Source: Octopus sinensis | Taxonomy: Eukaryota | Assembly (NCBI RefSeq): GCF_006345805.1 | Contig: NC_043003.1 | Location: 80,538,001-80,602,000, forward strand | DNA: 64,000 nucleotides | Direction of reading: 5' to 3' | Part shown: positions 11,790-24,553 of the stretch, in pieces | Numbering within the stretch: the first letter of the stretch is position 1 | How the letters are laid out: every line of letters begins with the position of its first letter | Program-made: the position numbers and the translations under genes | Notes under the pieces: generated by a model | Databases searched by the model: none | Told to the model about the DNA's origin: nothing | The model's input: the letters and a program-made list of their open reading frames with translations, nothing else

Positions 11790-12575
11790 TATATAAGATT
11801 TTTTTGCGTAATGAGAGAAAAAAAAACAGGCTGTGTAGATATTAGAACATTTATAGATAGAAGGTCTTAAAACTGTTTCCAGGATATTTATTAATTATAT
11901 CCCTTCATCGGAGACGGTTGGAGACCATGGTTCGTAATAGTTAATTTAAATAATGATACAAAATAGAGAGTGGGGTGGAGGAAAGAAAATAAGTGTGAGA
12001 TATGTAGGGATTATTGAAAGTTGTAGTTCCATTTTTTAGGCAGAATGGTATATATATGTAAGATTCCAATACATTATCAGAAAAATCCAACAGTATTTAA
12101 ACTTGTTCATTCTAAGTATAGAGTTTATATACAATGTAAGGTTCCAATACCTTATGAGTAAGATCCAACAGTATCTAAAATTGGTCATTCCAAGTACAGA
12201 ATTTATACACAGTGTTGTAGAGTCAAAGGTTTTTATTTAAAGTGACCTAAAAGTAGTTCACTTAGAATGAACAATTTTAAATACCTTTGGATTTTTCTTA
12301 TAAGGTATTGGAATCTTACATGTATATCATTCTGCCTAAAAAATGGATCTACAAAGGCAATATCCCTACAATATCATCTGTTTTCTTTCCTCCAACTCAC
12401 TGTCTGGTTGTATCCTATCTAAATTAACTATTACTTAACTATCCTTTCACACCGTCTCCGATGAAAGGTATATAATTAATAAAATCCTGGAAACAGCTGT
12501 AAGGCATTCTATCTACAAATGTTCTAATATCTACACAGCCTTGGTTTTTATGCCATTACGCAACAATTCTTATAT
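11790..12575. mobile_element. Quasi-palindromic Penelope-like pLTR pair (head-to-head), copy A
   Basis: The left arm (about 11790-12130) is a diverged reverse complement of the right arm (about 12250-12575). Each arm carries a CCGATGA...GAAACAG motif. Confidence 0.7.
12454..12505 (+). ncRNA. Minimal type I HHR-like motif
   Basis: GTCT-CCGATGA(12458-64)-AT-rich stem II-GAAA(12490-93)-CAGCTG-TA-AGGC. Stem III is the palindrome ACAGCTGT, with a GUA triplet. The first stem II pair is A.G, so activity is doubtful. Confidence 0.5.
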
Positions 12576-12766
12576 ACACAGGCTGACATAGACCAACGCT
12601 GAACCCTATTGCAAAATCATCGAACCTGAAACGTAACTATGTTCTGTCTATAGTACTTATTCAGCATTACCTAAAACTTTGGGTCTCAATGACACTTTAC
12701 CTTTTATATACACTTACATACGTACATACATACATACATACATACATACATACATTACATACATAC

Positions 12767-12799
<33 letters not shown>

Positions 12800-12804
12800 T
12801 TTAT

Positions 12805-13600
12805 ATATAAGATTTTTTTGCGTAATGAGAGAAAAAAAAACAGGCTGTGTAGATATTAGAACATTTATAGATAGAAGGTCTTAAAACTGTTTCCAGGATA
12901 TTTATTAATTATATCCCTTCATCGGAGACGGTTGGAGACCATGGTTCAGTAATAGTTAATTTAAATATGATACAAAATAGAGAGTGGGGTGGAGGAAAGA
13001 AAATAAGTGTGAGATATGTAGGGATATTGAATTTGTAGTTCCATTTTTTAGGCAGAATGGTATATATATGTAAGATTCCAATACATTATCAGAAAAATCC
13101 AACAGTATTTAAACTTGTTCATTCTAAGTATAGAGTTTATATACAATGTAAGGTTCCAATACCTTATGAGTAAGATCCAACAGTATCTAAAATTGGTCAT
13201 TCCAAGTACAGAATTTATACACAGTGTTGTAGAGTCAAAGGTTTTTATTTAAAGTGACCTAAAAGTAGTTCACTTAGAATGAACAATTTTAAATACCTTT
13301 GGATTTTTCTTATAAGGTATTGGAATCTTACATGTATATCATTCTGCCTAAAAAATGGATCTACAAATGCAATATCCCTACATATATCATCTGTTTTCTT
13401 TCCTCCAACTCACTGTCTGTTTTGTATCCTATCTAAATTAACTATTACTTAACTATCCTTTCACACCGTCTCCGATGAAAGGGTATAATTAATAAATATC
13501 CTGGAAACAGCTGTAAGGCATTCTATCTACAAATGTTCTAATATCTACACAGCCTTGGTTTTTTATGCCATTACGCAACAAATTCTTATATACACAGGCT
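12805..13600. mobile_element. Quasi-palindromic Penelope-like pLTR pair, copy B
   Basis: Near-identical tandem duplicate of 11790-12575 at an offset of about 1014-1021 bp. Confidence 0.7.
13468..13519 (+). ncRNA. Minimal type I HHR-like motif (duplicate of 12454-12505)
   Basis: GTCT-CCGATGA(13472-78)-...-GAAA(13504-07)-CAGCTG-TA-AGGC. Confidence 0.5.
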
Positions 13601-13823
13601 GACATATGACCAACGCTGAACCCCTTATTTGCAAAATCATCGAACCTGAAACTTAACTATGTTCTGTCTATAGTACTTATTCAGCATTACCTAAAACCTT
13701 TGGGTCTCAATGACACTATTACCTTTTATATACACTTATACATACTACATACATACATACATACATACATACATACATACATACATACATACTATTTATA
13801 TATATATATTATATATATGTATA

Positions 13824-13878
<55 letters not shown>

Positions 13879-13990
13879 ATAATAATATATATATAAAAAA
13901 TATTATTAGAGACAAAACCACTATTTTGCAAAACAAACAAGGAAAGAACTTAATCAAATCATAAAATTTTAATAAATAGTCAAAAAACCG

Positions 13991-14033
13991 CCACTACAAT
14001 CGTTTCTTGTCTTGATCGACAATCTTCAGTGGA
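13991..14033 (-). ncRNA. Type I HHR, left-arm copy with a 1-nt deletion in stem I
   Basis: Reverse complement reads TCCA-CTGAAGA-TTGTCGATCAAGACAA-GAAA-CGATTG-TA-GTGG. Confidence 0.5.
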
Positions 14034-14072
14034 CTTCCCAGTGTCAAATTATGACACTGAATTATTGGAAGT

Positions 14073-14115
14073 CCACCTGAAGATTGTCGATCAAGACAAG
14101 AAACGATTGTAGTGG
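14073..14115 (+). ncRNA. Minimal type I hammerhead ribozyme
   Basis: Stem I CCAC/GTGG, core CTGAAGA 14077-83, stem II TTGTC/GACAA, GAAA 14100-03, stem III AC-GATT-GT, GUA triplet with predicted cut after 14111. Confidence 0.75.
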
Positions 14116-14278
14116 CGGTTTTTTTGACTATTTATTAAAATTTTATGATTTGATTAAGTCTTTCCTTGTTGTTTTGCAAAATAGTGGTTTGTCTCTAATA
14201 ATATTTTATAATATTTTACTATAAAATCGATTTAATCCTAAATCTGATTTTTCCCTGTAAATTTGGATTTATTCCTAA

Positions 14279-14367
<89 letters not shown>

Positions 14368-14399
14368 ATATATCAAAATCGACCTTGTTTGAGGCGTCA

Positions 14400-15490
14400 C
14401 AAGCTCCAAACTCTTGCTATATTTGGAAAACTTGGAGAATGGCTATATGACTTTCTAAAAGAGAAAATTGAGGTAGTGGTGGTCAATGTGGTCACCTCCA
14501 AGATAATACAAATAATGAGTGTTGTTCTACAGGGCACTGCTATTAACACTGGCCCTCTCTGACATGCCTACAACTGTTCCGCTAGCTATGCAGACGATAC
14601 AAAAGTCTCTTAGAGGATACAAAAACCTGAAAACGTCGTGCATCAACGTGAGGTAAACGCAATATACATGTGGGCTGATGAAAATAACATGCAGTTTAAT
14701 GCTGGAAAATACCAAGACCTTGGCTACCAACACAAGTAGCTCAATGAAAAGAAAATAGAATACACTGACCTAGCAAGGAATCCAATCTCTGAATTAAAGT
14801 CAGTTCATGACCTGGGCATCGATATGAGTAATGATACATATCTCTAGGTACATCTTTGTAAGTTGGAAATAAAACGCAGACGTAAGGCAGGATGGTTCTT
14901 TCGAACTTTCAAAACAAGAGAAAAAGAAATCCTGATGGCCCTCTGGAGGAATTTCTATCACAGGCATCTGAATTACTGCTCCCAACTCTGGTCCCCTAAC
15001 TGTAAAATTAACGACTGAACGCGATGTGATCTATCGCAGATACACAAAGAAGATCGAGACAATGCAACATATCAGCTACTGGGAAAGACTGAAAGATTTA
15101 AGACTCTAATCCCTGGAGAGAAAGCGGGAGAGGTCTGCAATAATATACATCTGCAAAATCACACAAAAAGCAGGACGGGGTTCTACTGCATGGTACCAAA
15201 GTCTTAACATTACCACCAAGACACAGGACCAGGCACAGCAACAGCTTGGACTTCAAAGGCCCAACAAAGCTTGAGATACTTGCATGGTGGCATGGATATA
15301 GGATTTTTCAAAGCAAAACTAAATCTCCTCCTATCAAGTGTTCCGGATGAACCTACCTCTAGGCAAGAAACACAAATGGCAGACACGTGAGGCTCACTGA
15401 TCGACCAAATGTCAGATATCAGAGCAGGTTTCGTGAAACTGTAGGAAAGTAAACGGCGGTGCCTCAGCAAGATCGCAGTCCTTAGACTGG
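14400..15490 (+). mobile_element. 5'-truncated, degenerate CR1/L2-group LINE (RT C-terminal half and 3' tail)
   Basis: SVVLQG..GPL (SGVPQGSVLGPL-like), YADDTK at 14587-14604, WADENNMQFNAGKYQ and LNYCSQLWSP. The 3' tail begins GGCGGTGCCTCAGCA at 15455. Confidence 0.88.
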
Positions 15491-15978
15491 CACTTAAACG
15501 GGAAATGAAAAACAAAGTATATATATATAAAGTAATCAGCTGTTATTCAGGCACTCAGCTATGAGTCCTCTGCAGAAGATCATTTATTCCTCTGTCATAT
15601 CTTTCTTATATATGTATGAATATATATTTCTTTGTTTGCGTAAGTATAATACATACATAGATACATACATAGATACATACATACATATATATATATATAT
15701 TATATATATATATATATATTATATATATATATAGATATATATATATATATATATATATATGCATATGTATACATATATATATATATATATGCATATGTAT
15801 ACATATATATATATATATTGTGAAGTATATTTGCCACCTAAATGTGGCCGACCTGGTTTCCTGTAGCTTTGCCCTCTTTTACAAACCCAAGTGAACATAC
15901 ATATATTTCCGATTTCAAAGAAATTTGAGCAATGAATATACGACCCAAGATAAAACGATTCCCAGTAATTCAACTTAC

Positions 15979-16101
15979 CTCGTTGACTTTCAGTCTCCTC
16001 CAAATAAGAAGCCTCATCCCCCACATTTTAGAGTTCCATGTGCTCCATTTTTCAGGAGAAACATCATATGAATAGGTTCCATGAGATTTGGATTTTGGAA
16101 T
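15979..16101 (-). CDS. Internal coding exon, 123 nt, phase 0-0 (IPKSKSHGTYSYDVSPEKWSTWNSKMWGMRLLIWRRLKVNE)
   Basis: Acceptor CTCATTTTTATACCCAG| and donor GAG|GTAAGT. Only frame 0 is open across the exon. Confidence 0.6.
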
Positions 16102-16323
16102 CTGGGTATAAAAATGAGCAGTATGAGATAAATATGTCATGATTGGAATTTTTGTTAGAGTGTGTAAAGAGGTAAAGAACCCTTATTAAAATTCTTCATC
16201 TTCAATCTTGATGAAATTCCAATCATAGGTATTCCAGCTGATTTGATTAAATTGAGTAAATATAAAAGAAAAATCTAATCATTGAATTCCTTGTGACACA
16301 GGCAAAGCCGGGCATCTCTGCTA

Positions 16324-16370
<47 letters not shown>

Positions 16371-16387
16371 ATATATATAATATATAT

Positions 16388-16422
<35 letters not shown>

Positions 16423-17206
16423 AAATATTGAATTTCTAAATCTCTCGTAGAGACATGTACGGTGGTGGTGTGTGTATGTATGTATGTATGTATGTATGTA
16501 TGTATGTAGTATGTATGTATGTATGTGTATGTCTGTGTACAACTATTATAGCTACATATGTATAAGAAGGGTTGAATATTGATAACTGTTTTATGTTTGA
16601 TACTGGTGGTCGGTGAATTAAGTGACATCTCTACTTTAACGGAGAGTATGTCTGCTAAGGTTAGATGACTTTTTAATTACAATCCCTATCCGCTTATTAC
16701 GAGATAGCCCGACATCACTGTCGAGCTATAAACTAATTGAGATAAGTGAACTTTGATTATATACTTATAGTATCAGTCTGCTATTATTTTCCTGTTTTCA
16801 ACCACACCTTCCAATTATCGTATATACTTGAATGTAAAACTTAAAATGCATCAGTTGTCCAACGAATATTGCGTATGCGCAAAGCGATGTCTAAAATTTT
16901 ACACGTTTAAAACGTTACTGTTTTAAATTTTTAATCTGAAAATGGTGGATGATATATTATGCAGAAATCTTTTCTGACTGCTCTAAAAATATAAAATTCT
17001 ATCGAATCATGTGTCTAAAATAGTAAACAACATTTGTTTCATGAAATATATATATATATCCACCGAGGTCGATTTTACCGTTCCTCCTTTCAGGGTCGCT
17101 AAATTAAGTACCACTTGCGTACTAGGATCGATCTAATTGACTAATCCGGTCCTTGTGCCTAAAATAGAAAAGAATATACACACACACACACATACACGCA
17201 CATATG

Positions 17207-17295
<89 letters not shown>

Positions 17296-18724
17296 TTTAT
17301 ATATATATATATACATATGTGCGTGCATGTGTGCGTGTGTTTGTGTGCGTGTGCTTACACATGCTCTCAAATATACGTGGTTAAGTCATTTTGGAGTTTC
17401 GATATATTATTAGCATATTTTGCGCGTATGTTGTACACATATAGGTTTTATGCTGAAAAGGATTAAGTACTGACATCTATAACTGATAAGAGCGTATTTT
17501 GGAGCAACGAGTAATATCAATATAATCGATCTTCAGTGGGTTTGGGCCTCTATGTGGTTGCCCTATAGGGCCTAACTTCCAAACTAACGGACATGCACTA
17601 TGACACTTTAAATAACGTAGCTCTACGTTTTTCTTGTAAGTTGGAATTGTTATGGATGAAATAGCATGAGTTATTGGACTACTCAGTTTTAGCTAGGCTA
17701 CAAAAAAGCAACAATAACAATAAAGACAACTGTAAATGTTATATCAACTTTCAGCCGGATGCAACAAGTTTTCATAAATGGATTACGACATCAGAGCATA
17801 AAACGAGTTCTTATTTTGTGGATTATATCAAAGTATTTAGGTCGGCGCTGTACCATTTCCATCACCCAGAATCGTTTGGGAAACTAAATATTGTAGCATT
17901 ATCATATAATAATGTACAGTTTATTTAGAAGAAGCTTATTTAGAAGAGACCAGAAGCGACATTTCTTGACGCTCTAGTGGTATTTATTTCGCTCGTGAAT
18001 GTGAAGCGATAATCCATTGAACTTATAACGACACATGTATAGCAATTTATATCACATAGTGGGCCTGAGAAAGCGGTGTATTGCTCTGACACCAGTCAAC
18101 CTAACTGAAATGATGCAATAAAGTTGTAACTGAACGGTGTCATATTACTGAGCTTACTGGATAATTGACAGTTGTTCGGAACTTTACAGTTTCCGATTCT
18201 GGCTTGCATTTATCTGTTTATCGTCAGTAATGCTGCATCAAACGTAATCACTAGTGATTATGAAAACCAACCCATTTTCCCATATTTTCCAAAGTCTAAA
18301 ATTTGTGATTAGTAAACGTATTACAGATACATTCACTCCACGATGTTTCTTAAATTGTCATCGAATATACATAGAATCCCCGGATTTTATTTGCCTATAG
18401 ATGTATTTAACTAAATACAATACGTGATATATAAATTTAATTATGTACGCGGTTTTTCCATCATTTTGGTTAAGCAGAAAGATAAGTGTTCTTGCTATAT
18501 GCAGAACAAACACTTTGACTGAATATAAGAAGATTGATGTAGTAATCCACATGTAGATTACTAGATGTAACAACCTACATCTATCTTCTTAGGATCACAA
18601 TCAAATCGGATTCCTTTCTCGCTCCGCTCATGCTTGATCTGTGATTTTTCAACAGGAGTATCAACAGCATCGACCGCCAAAGTACAGAGACTTGGCGAAA
18701 GACACGCCAACAAGATATTAAACC

Positions 18725-18778
<54 letters not shown>

Positions 18779-18849
18779 AGAATTCAGATGAGGATTCCGA
18801 TAGAATCATGTACTTGAAGGTACGCGCCAGATAGGGATGGGTAATGTCT

Positions 18850-19900
18850 GTGATTCCGGCCTATGATTGTTGAGAGTTGAAATAAGGTCAATGGCCTTAC
18901 ATATCAAACTACACACTTTAAAGAAATACATTCTTAACCAAAACTGCCAACATAGTTGCTCATTCTCCCATTCATAGCTGGCCTCGATAAACATATCCCT
19001 GATGTATACAAGAATCAAGTTCTGGGTTGTGGGCACAGCGATGGTCAGTTTTGAGGCTCATTTCTGTCAAGTAGTTAGTTATCATATAGGAATTGAGGAC
19101 AGGTAAATTATCTTGGTGCAGGTGTTATCGAGCCGAATCAACACCTTTGGCCTTTCGCAACGTAATGTCTTCCTGTCTGAACTCTCTCCAAATCTCCATG
19201 AAGTACGCTTTGTTTATAGTCTGGCCAGAGATTAGACAGTGGATGTAGGTAATACCTTTGCTGTCAAGTAAGGATATTGTTATTAATTTACCTGTGAACC
19301 TGCTTTACCTGGCCTTCCTGGGTCTGAGGAAAGCTGGATGCCTTCATTAGATAGATCTTTTGGCCTCTGGATCATAACAATTAATCTAGCTTTCATGAAA
19401 GACTACCAGAGACTCGAGTACTCTTGGACTGGAGGTAATGAGCACTACGATCTTCTTGCTTTCACTACCCCTCTTTCCTTCTGTCCGTCACTGAGCACCT
19501 GAGGGGGGGGGGTGCTCGAATTTTGCGCACGTTCAGAAATTCAAGAATAATTATGTGTGCAGTTGGTGCAGCAAATACAGACTCTATGCTTATTGTCTTT
19601 GTAGACACACTACGGTCTTTATTCAGAAAATTGCGAATTCTCTTAGGCAGTTCTATAGTCTCTCATTTTTCTATCTCTCTCACACTTCCCGTCGTTCTCT
19701 CCACCATCTTTAACGCGCTTATGCCAGCGAAAATTAAATGCTCGATTCATACAAGTTAATCCACAAGCGGGTCGGAACATTTTATGTTTTTGTGCCGTTT
19801 TTGCTTAGTTGAACATACCTTTATTGCACAGTGAGCTTCTAAATTGTCTGAACGTTCTGTCTGTATTTTCAAATTATTCAGTAATGACTTGCCTTGTGTA
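18850..19900 (-). mobile_element. Degenerate, near full-length mariner transposase
   Basis: Minus-strand fragments MNRAFNFRWHKRVKDGGE, KDRSVSTKTISIES...EFLNVRKIRA, ESWINCYDPEAKR and LDSKGITYIHCLISGQTINKAYFMEI follow mariner domain order. Confidence 0.8.
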
Positions 19901-19989
19901 CTAAGTTGTGTTCAGATTGCTGTTTAAACTACAGCTATCTCCTTCAATCCGGAATAAATTGCTGGCAGGTCAGCTTATTGGATGGGCAG

Positions 19990-20262
19990 TAATATATAAT
20001 GAAATATAATGTAAAATATAAAATAAAATATACTATAAAATATATAATAAAATATAATATAAAATATAAAATAAAATATAATATGAAATATATGATAAAA
20101 TATAATATAAAATATAAAATAAAGTATAATATAAAATATATAATAAAATATAAAATAAAATATAATATGAAATATATGATAAAATATAATATAAAATATA
20201 TAATTAAATATAATACAAAATATATAATAAAATATAATAAAATATATAACATATAATAAAAT
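19990..20262. repeat. AT-only low-complexity minisatellite (AAATAT/AATAT units)
   Basis: Direct reading; it explains ORFs 19944-20252 and 19999-20256. Confidence 0.9.
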
Positions 20263-20654
20263 TACAATAACCTAGGATAGTTTTAACTGCTACTCCTAAA
20301 AATGTATTAAGGCTTTTGGAATGATCCTCGTATGTTTCCAGGCCTTTTTAAGATGAGTTTCGGCCTCTCATATGCGTTCAGCCTAAAGAAAACAAATCAT
20401 TCAACGTTGTTCTTCTTTGGAGCGTGCAGATAATGGAGTCCACATTAATCATGTGAAATGGTGATTAAAGATACACTGTGCCTTGTGCTAATCGCGCACC
20501 AAATTCTCCAGTCATCTAGGAAAAATACGAGTGCATTGTTGATAATTACCGATTCAATGTTTATATGTATATCAGATAACTTGACTCAAGTATGGAAAGG
20601 CTGCTTTTTCGTACCCCAAGTACGCTGCTGTGATACTGCTCTAATGGGACTTAC

Positions 20655-20699
20655 GGTTAAAGCGACCTTTATTCTTCCATATACAATTGTTTTAGTCAC
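20655..20699 (-). CDS. Internal coding exon, 45 nt, phase 0-0 (VTKTIVYGRIKVALT)
   Basis: Acceptor TTTACTACTAAGACAG| and donor ACC|GTAAGT. Joins in frame to 16101-15979. Confidence 0.55.
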
Positions 20700-21097
20700 C
20701 TGTCTTAGTAGTAAATAAGCACGAATAGTCATTTGATTGGACCACAATACACAGGATTATTGCAATGCTTTAATCATTTTAACTATATCTTAACGCGTCC
20801 TCCCTATATGAAATTCACATAAGTTTCTGAAATGTGTCTTGTCACAATATATAGTATCTTTAATTTCTTCGTTTACTATTGATATTTGCTTTCGCAGTAG
20901 CAGGTTAAAATTCGTTCTGCCAGTGTATGTTCCAAAATACTTCTATTTACGAATGATTGATGTAATGGATATACTTGTGTTTCTTTCCACAACTGTATAT
21001 TTGGATTAATTTTAAAGTTATTTGCTATATTTTTATAGGGTGTGGCAACCGAAAATTTAATCAGTCATGTTTTGTTTTGCTATCGTACGCACAATGA

Positions 21098-21098
21098 C

Positions 21099-21149
<51 letters not shown>

Positions 21150-21176
21150 TATTATTATTAATACTATTATTATTAC

Positions 21177-21237
<61 letters not shown>

Positions 21238-21277
21238 ACTATTATTATTACTATTATTATTATTATTATTATTGTTA
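21098..21277. repeat. (ATT)n microsatellite
   Basis: Direct reading. Confidence 0.95.
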
Positions 21278-23952
21278 TTTTCTTTTTCTTTTTTTTCTGC
21301 AAATATTAAGGTGAACAATCAGAATCGTTAACACGCCGGCAGAATGCATTGTGGTATTTCAACCGGTTTTACATTTTGAGTTCTAATTTCACTGAGGCTG
21401 ACTTCGCATTTTATCATTTCGGGTGCGTTAAGAGAAATACCAGTTAAACATTGGGATCGATGTAATCGACTTAATTCCTCTTCGAAATTGCTGGCCTTTT
21501 GCCAAACTTTGAGTTCATTTTTTATTTAAAGATTGTATACTAACATAAACTTCATTGGCATTTATATCATAAAACCTCATGAACTCGTTTATAAATTTTG
21601 ACTGTATCTGTGTGTGAATAGCTAAATAATTTACGTTTTGAGCATCAGCAACATCCGTCTCCAAAGGTCACCGAAGTTCACGAGCAAAAGTACTTTCTCT
21701 ACACTCAGAAAATTAATGCAGAACATTAAATATAGATTTCATACAGTTAACTTAGTTGTAACTCGTTTTGCCTTACTATCACCTGATGTTCTATTACAGT
21801 GTCCACTTTCATACTTTTCTACATAGTAGATTGTTTCTTTAATTACAGATACTCTGGCCTCAGAGTTTCTCTTTACACACTTTCGTTGTACAGTGTAGAG
21901 TTAATGAGTGTGTTCTTAAAAGTTTGCTTTCACCTTCTCTCCTTCTCTCTCTGTTTTCGAATTATATATATATATATATATATATAATTCTACAAACGCA
22001 TGTTAGAATGTACAAACGGAATGCTGTTTTATTGGTATATGAAAATACTAATGGCACCCCACTCCTTAAGACGTACGTTTTCTTCATACATAATCATGGC
22101 AGTAATAGGAAACTCGCATGGCATATTCGATATTATGGAAAGCTACACTCATCGGCAGATATATTTGAACTACTTTATTTGTCCATGTAACAAATATTTC
22201 GGTGATAGAGGTGTTTTTACATCTTGTGCCTTTTCTTATGTATTACCAGCATTATGTTTTATTAGCATAGCATACCAGAATAATCTTGCACATAAATAGA
22301 AATCTAGGTTTCTGTGAGCGACGGCATCTTGCTACTCTGGATAAAATAATCTCCCGATGAATATTTTATAACATATTTGTATTAAGTATAAACATAGTTA
22401 ATAAAAAAATGAAATAAAAGCAATAAGCTAACAAAAGTAAGCTGACTGATGCGGAATATTCTTGCATTAGTGATAGAGAATCCATCATAATGTCTAGAAT
22501 CTGTAACACATACAAGCAATCATATTTAAATCATACACGCATACGTAAGATTTTCGCAAACCGAGGCATCACAAGTTGTCATCTATTCCCCGTGTTATTA
22601 TACGTACATGATGCACACGCATATATCACAGTGTAGCTTTCCATAATGTATATTTATAATATTAATTTCAATATTCCATAGGAGTTTCCTAATATTCTTA
22701 TGATTGTGCATAGAGAAAACATACATGTCTTAATGAGTGGGGTAGCATTAGTATTTTTGTATATCAATAAAACAGCATCCCGTCTGTACATTGTAACATT
22801 TCGTTTATACAATTGAAAGTCGCAGTATTTCTTAAATATTATACTAAGGATTACATATCGGAGGTCAATGATGACGTATAAGTATCTAATACTTATTGGA
22901 AATAACGGATAATGTACAGGCAAATAGATCTTCACTTTAACTCTATTGAATATGCTCTACAGATCATGTTATAGTTACAATAACATTAAACTATAAATCT
23001 GTTTCTAGAATGACCAATTCTGTTGCAACAGTGAATGATTTATAAAACAAATCTGGTAAAACAATCTGGAAATGTAAAGAAACACCCTCTACTACCAAAA
23101 TCTAAATTCAAGCAGAACTTGCTCCAGATTCAATAAACAGGAACAAATAAATGCTGGTAGAAACCAACAATGATCAAGCTCAAACCATTCCAAAAATCGA
23201 TATTGAAAAATATCTATTTAAAGAGCTCATGATTTCCTAATAGATTTTACAATTATTTCACTGTAAAACGTCCCGCAACACTGACAATGTTGACTTCATG
23301 TAAGGTGTCTAGAGCAATCAGCCTAACAGAATGAATTGTCTTCTAACAATATTCACAGAGGTATTTCAAAACAGACTGAAAACAAATGAAAACTAGTCAA
23401 TAGATTTTGCTCAGAGGTGGAAAAACCATGTTCAGTTACGTTTTAAGTTCAAATAACAAACTGGCTTCTTTACCCTTCTGGACTTGATAGAAAAGGGACT
23501 TAAACGTTTTGGTAGACTTAACAATTTTTTTCTTCTTTTTGCTCTCTAAAAATACGCAGTCTTCTGCTTTGCGTGTGTGCGTGTGTGTGAGTCTGTGTCT
23601 CTCTATCTGTTTGTCTGTCTATCTGCCTTTCTGTGTGTATGTACTTATGAACGTATGTATATGGGATTGTCTGCGTGCATGTTTGCATGTGTGCGTTTGT
23701 AGGCGTGTAGCAGTTACAAAGTAACATAAACGACTCCATAGCGTAGAGTTTAAAGTTATCAAATAACATCAGTAAAAATAAAAAGAAAACTTTAGGAACG
23801 AAAACCCAGGTTTGGGTTAATAAGAAAACATTCTACCAGGACACTTGATGAAGAATGGAGAGTAAATCAGCCGAAAAGTTGTGGTAGCAACAAAAAAGAT
23901 GAGGACACATATCAGTCCAATGTAACAAATGTCTCTCTCTCTCTCTCTCTCT

Positions 23953-24009
<57 letters not shown>

Positions 24010-24010
24010 C

Positions 24011-24190
24011 ATGCGTATAATAGGGATGACCACTAAGTGGACATCCAATATGCTAGAAGAATGTCACCTACGATGTAACTACAAAGAATAGAATGTTCTC
24101 TAGATGACATTCTTTTCTTTGTAGTTAGATCGTAGTGATCTTCTTCTAGCATATTGGATGTCCACTTAGTGGTCATCCTATTATACGCAT
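24011..24190. mobile_element. 180-bp foldback made of two inverted 3' ends of the HHR-repeat superfamily; no HHR core seen
   Basis: ATGCGTATAATAGGGATGACCACTAAGTGGACATCCAATATGCTAGAAGAA at 24011 is mirrored by its reverse complement ending at 24190. Abuts (TA)n on the left. Confidence 0.65.
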
Positions 24191-24293
24191 TTATCGTAAT
24201 TTTTCTGAATTTTCAGATTTTTCTATATGCTAGGCTACTGGTTTTAAATTGATATTAACTTAATTAATATTCATTTTATCACCCTCATTATTT

Positions 24294-24335
<42 letters not shown>

Positions 24336-24346
24336 TATATATTGTA

Positions 24347-24553
24347 GAGGCGCAATGGCCTAGTGGTTAGGGCAGCGGACTCGCGGTCGCAGGATCGCGG
24401 TTTCGCTTATCAGACCGGGCGTTGTGTGTGTTTATTGAGCGAAAACACCTAAAAGCTCTACGAGGCTCCGGCAGGGGGTGGTGATCCCTGCTGTACTCTT
24501 TCACCACAATGGCGGTGCCCCAGCATGGCCACAGCTCAAGAGCTGAAACTGGA
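24347..24553 (+). mobile_element. tRNA-derived SINE with a LINE-like 3' tail
   Basis: A-box TGGCCTAGTGG, tRNA-like head, tail GGCGGTGCCCCAGCATGGCCACAGCTCAAGAGCTGAAAC. Confidence 0.85.

Larger units (their letters stand above)
13900..14204. mobile_element. Near-perfect palindrome of two head-to-head HHR-bearing pLTR ends
   Basis: Arms at about 13900-14038 and 14067-14204 are reverse complements apart from a few 1-nt indels. The spacer holds the hairpin CAGTGTCA-AATTA-TGACACTG. Confidence 0.8.
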
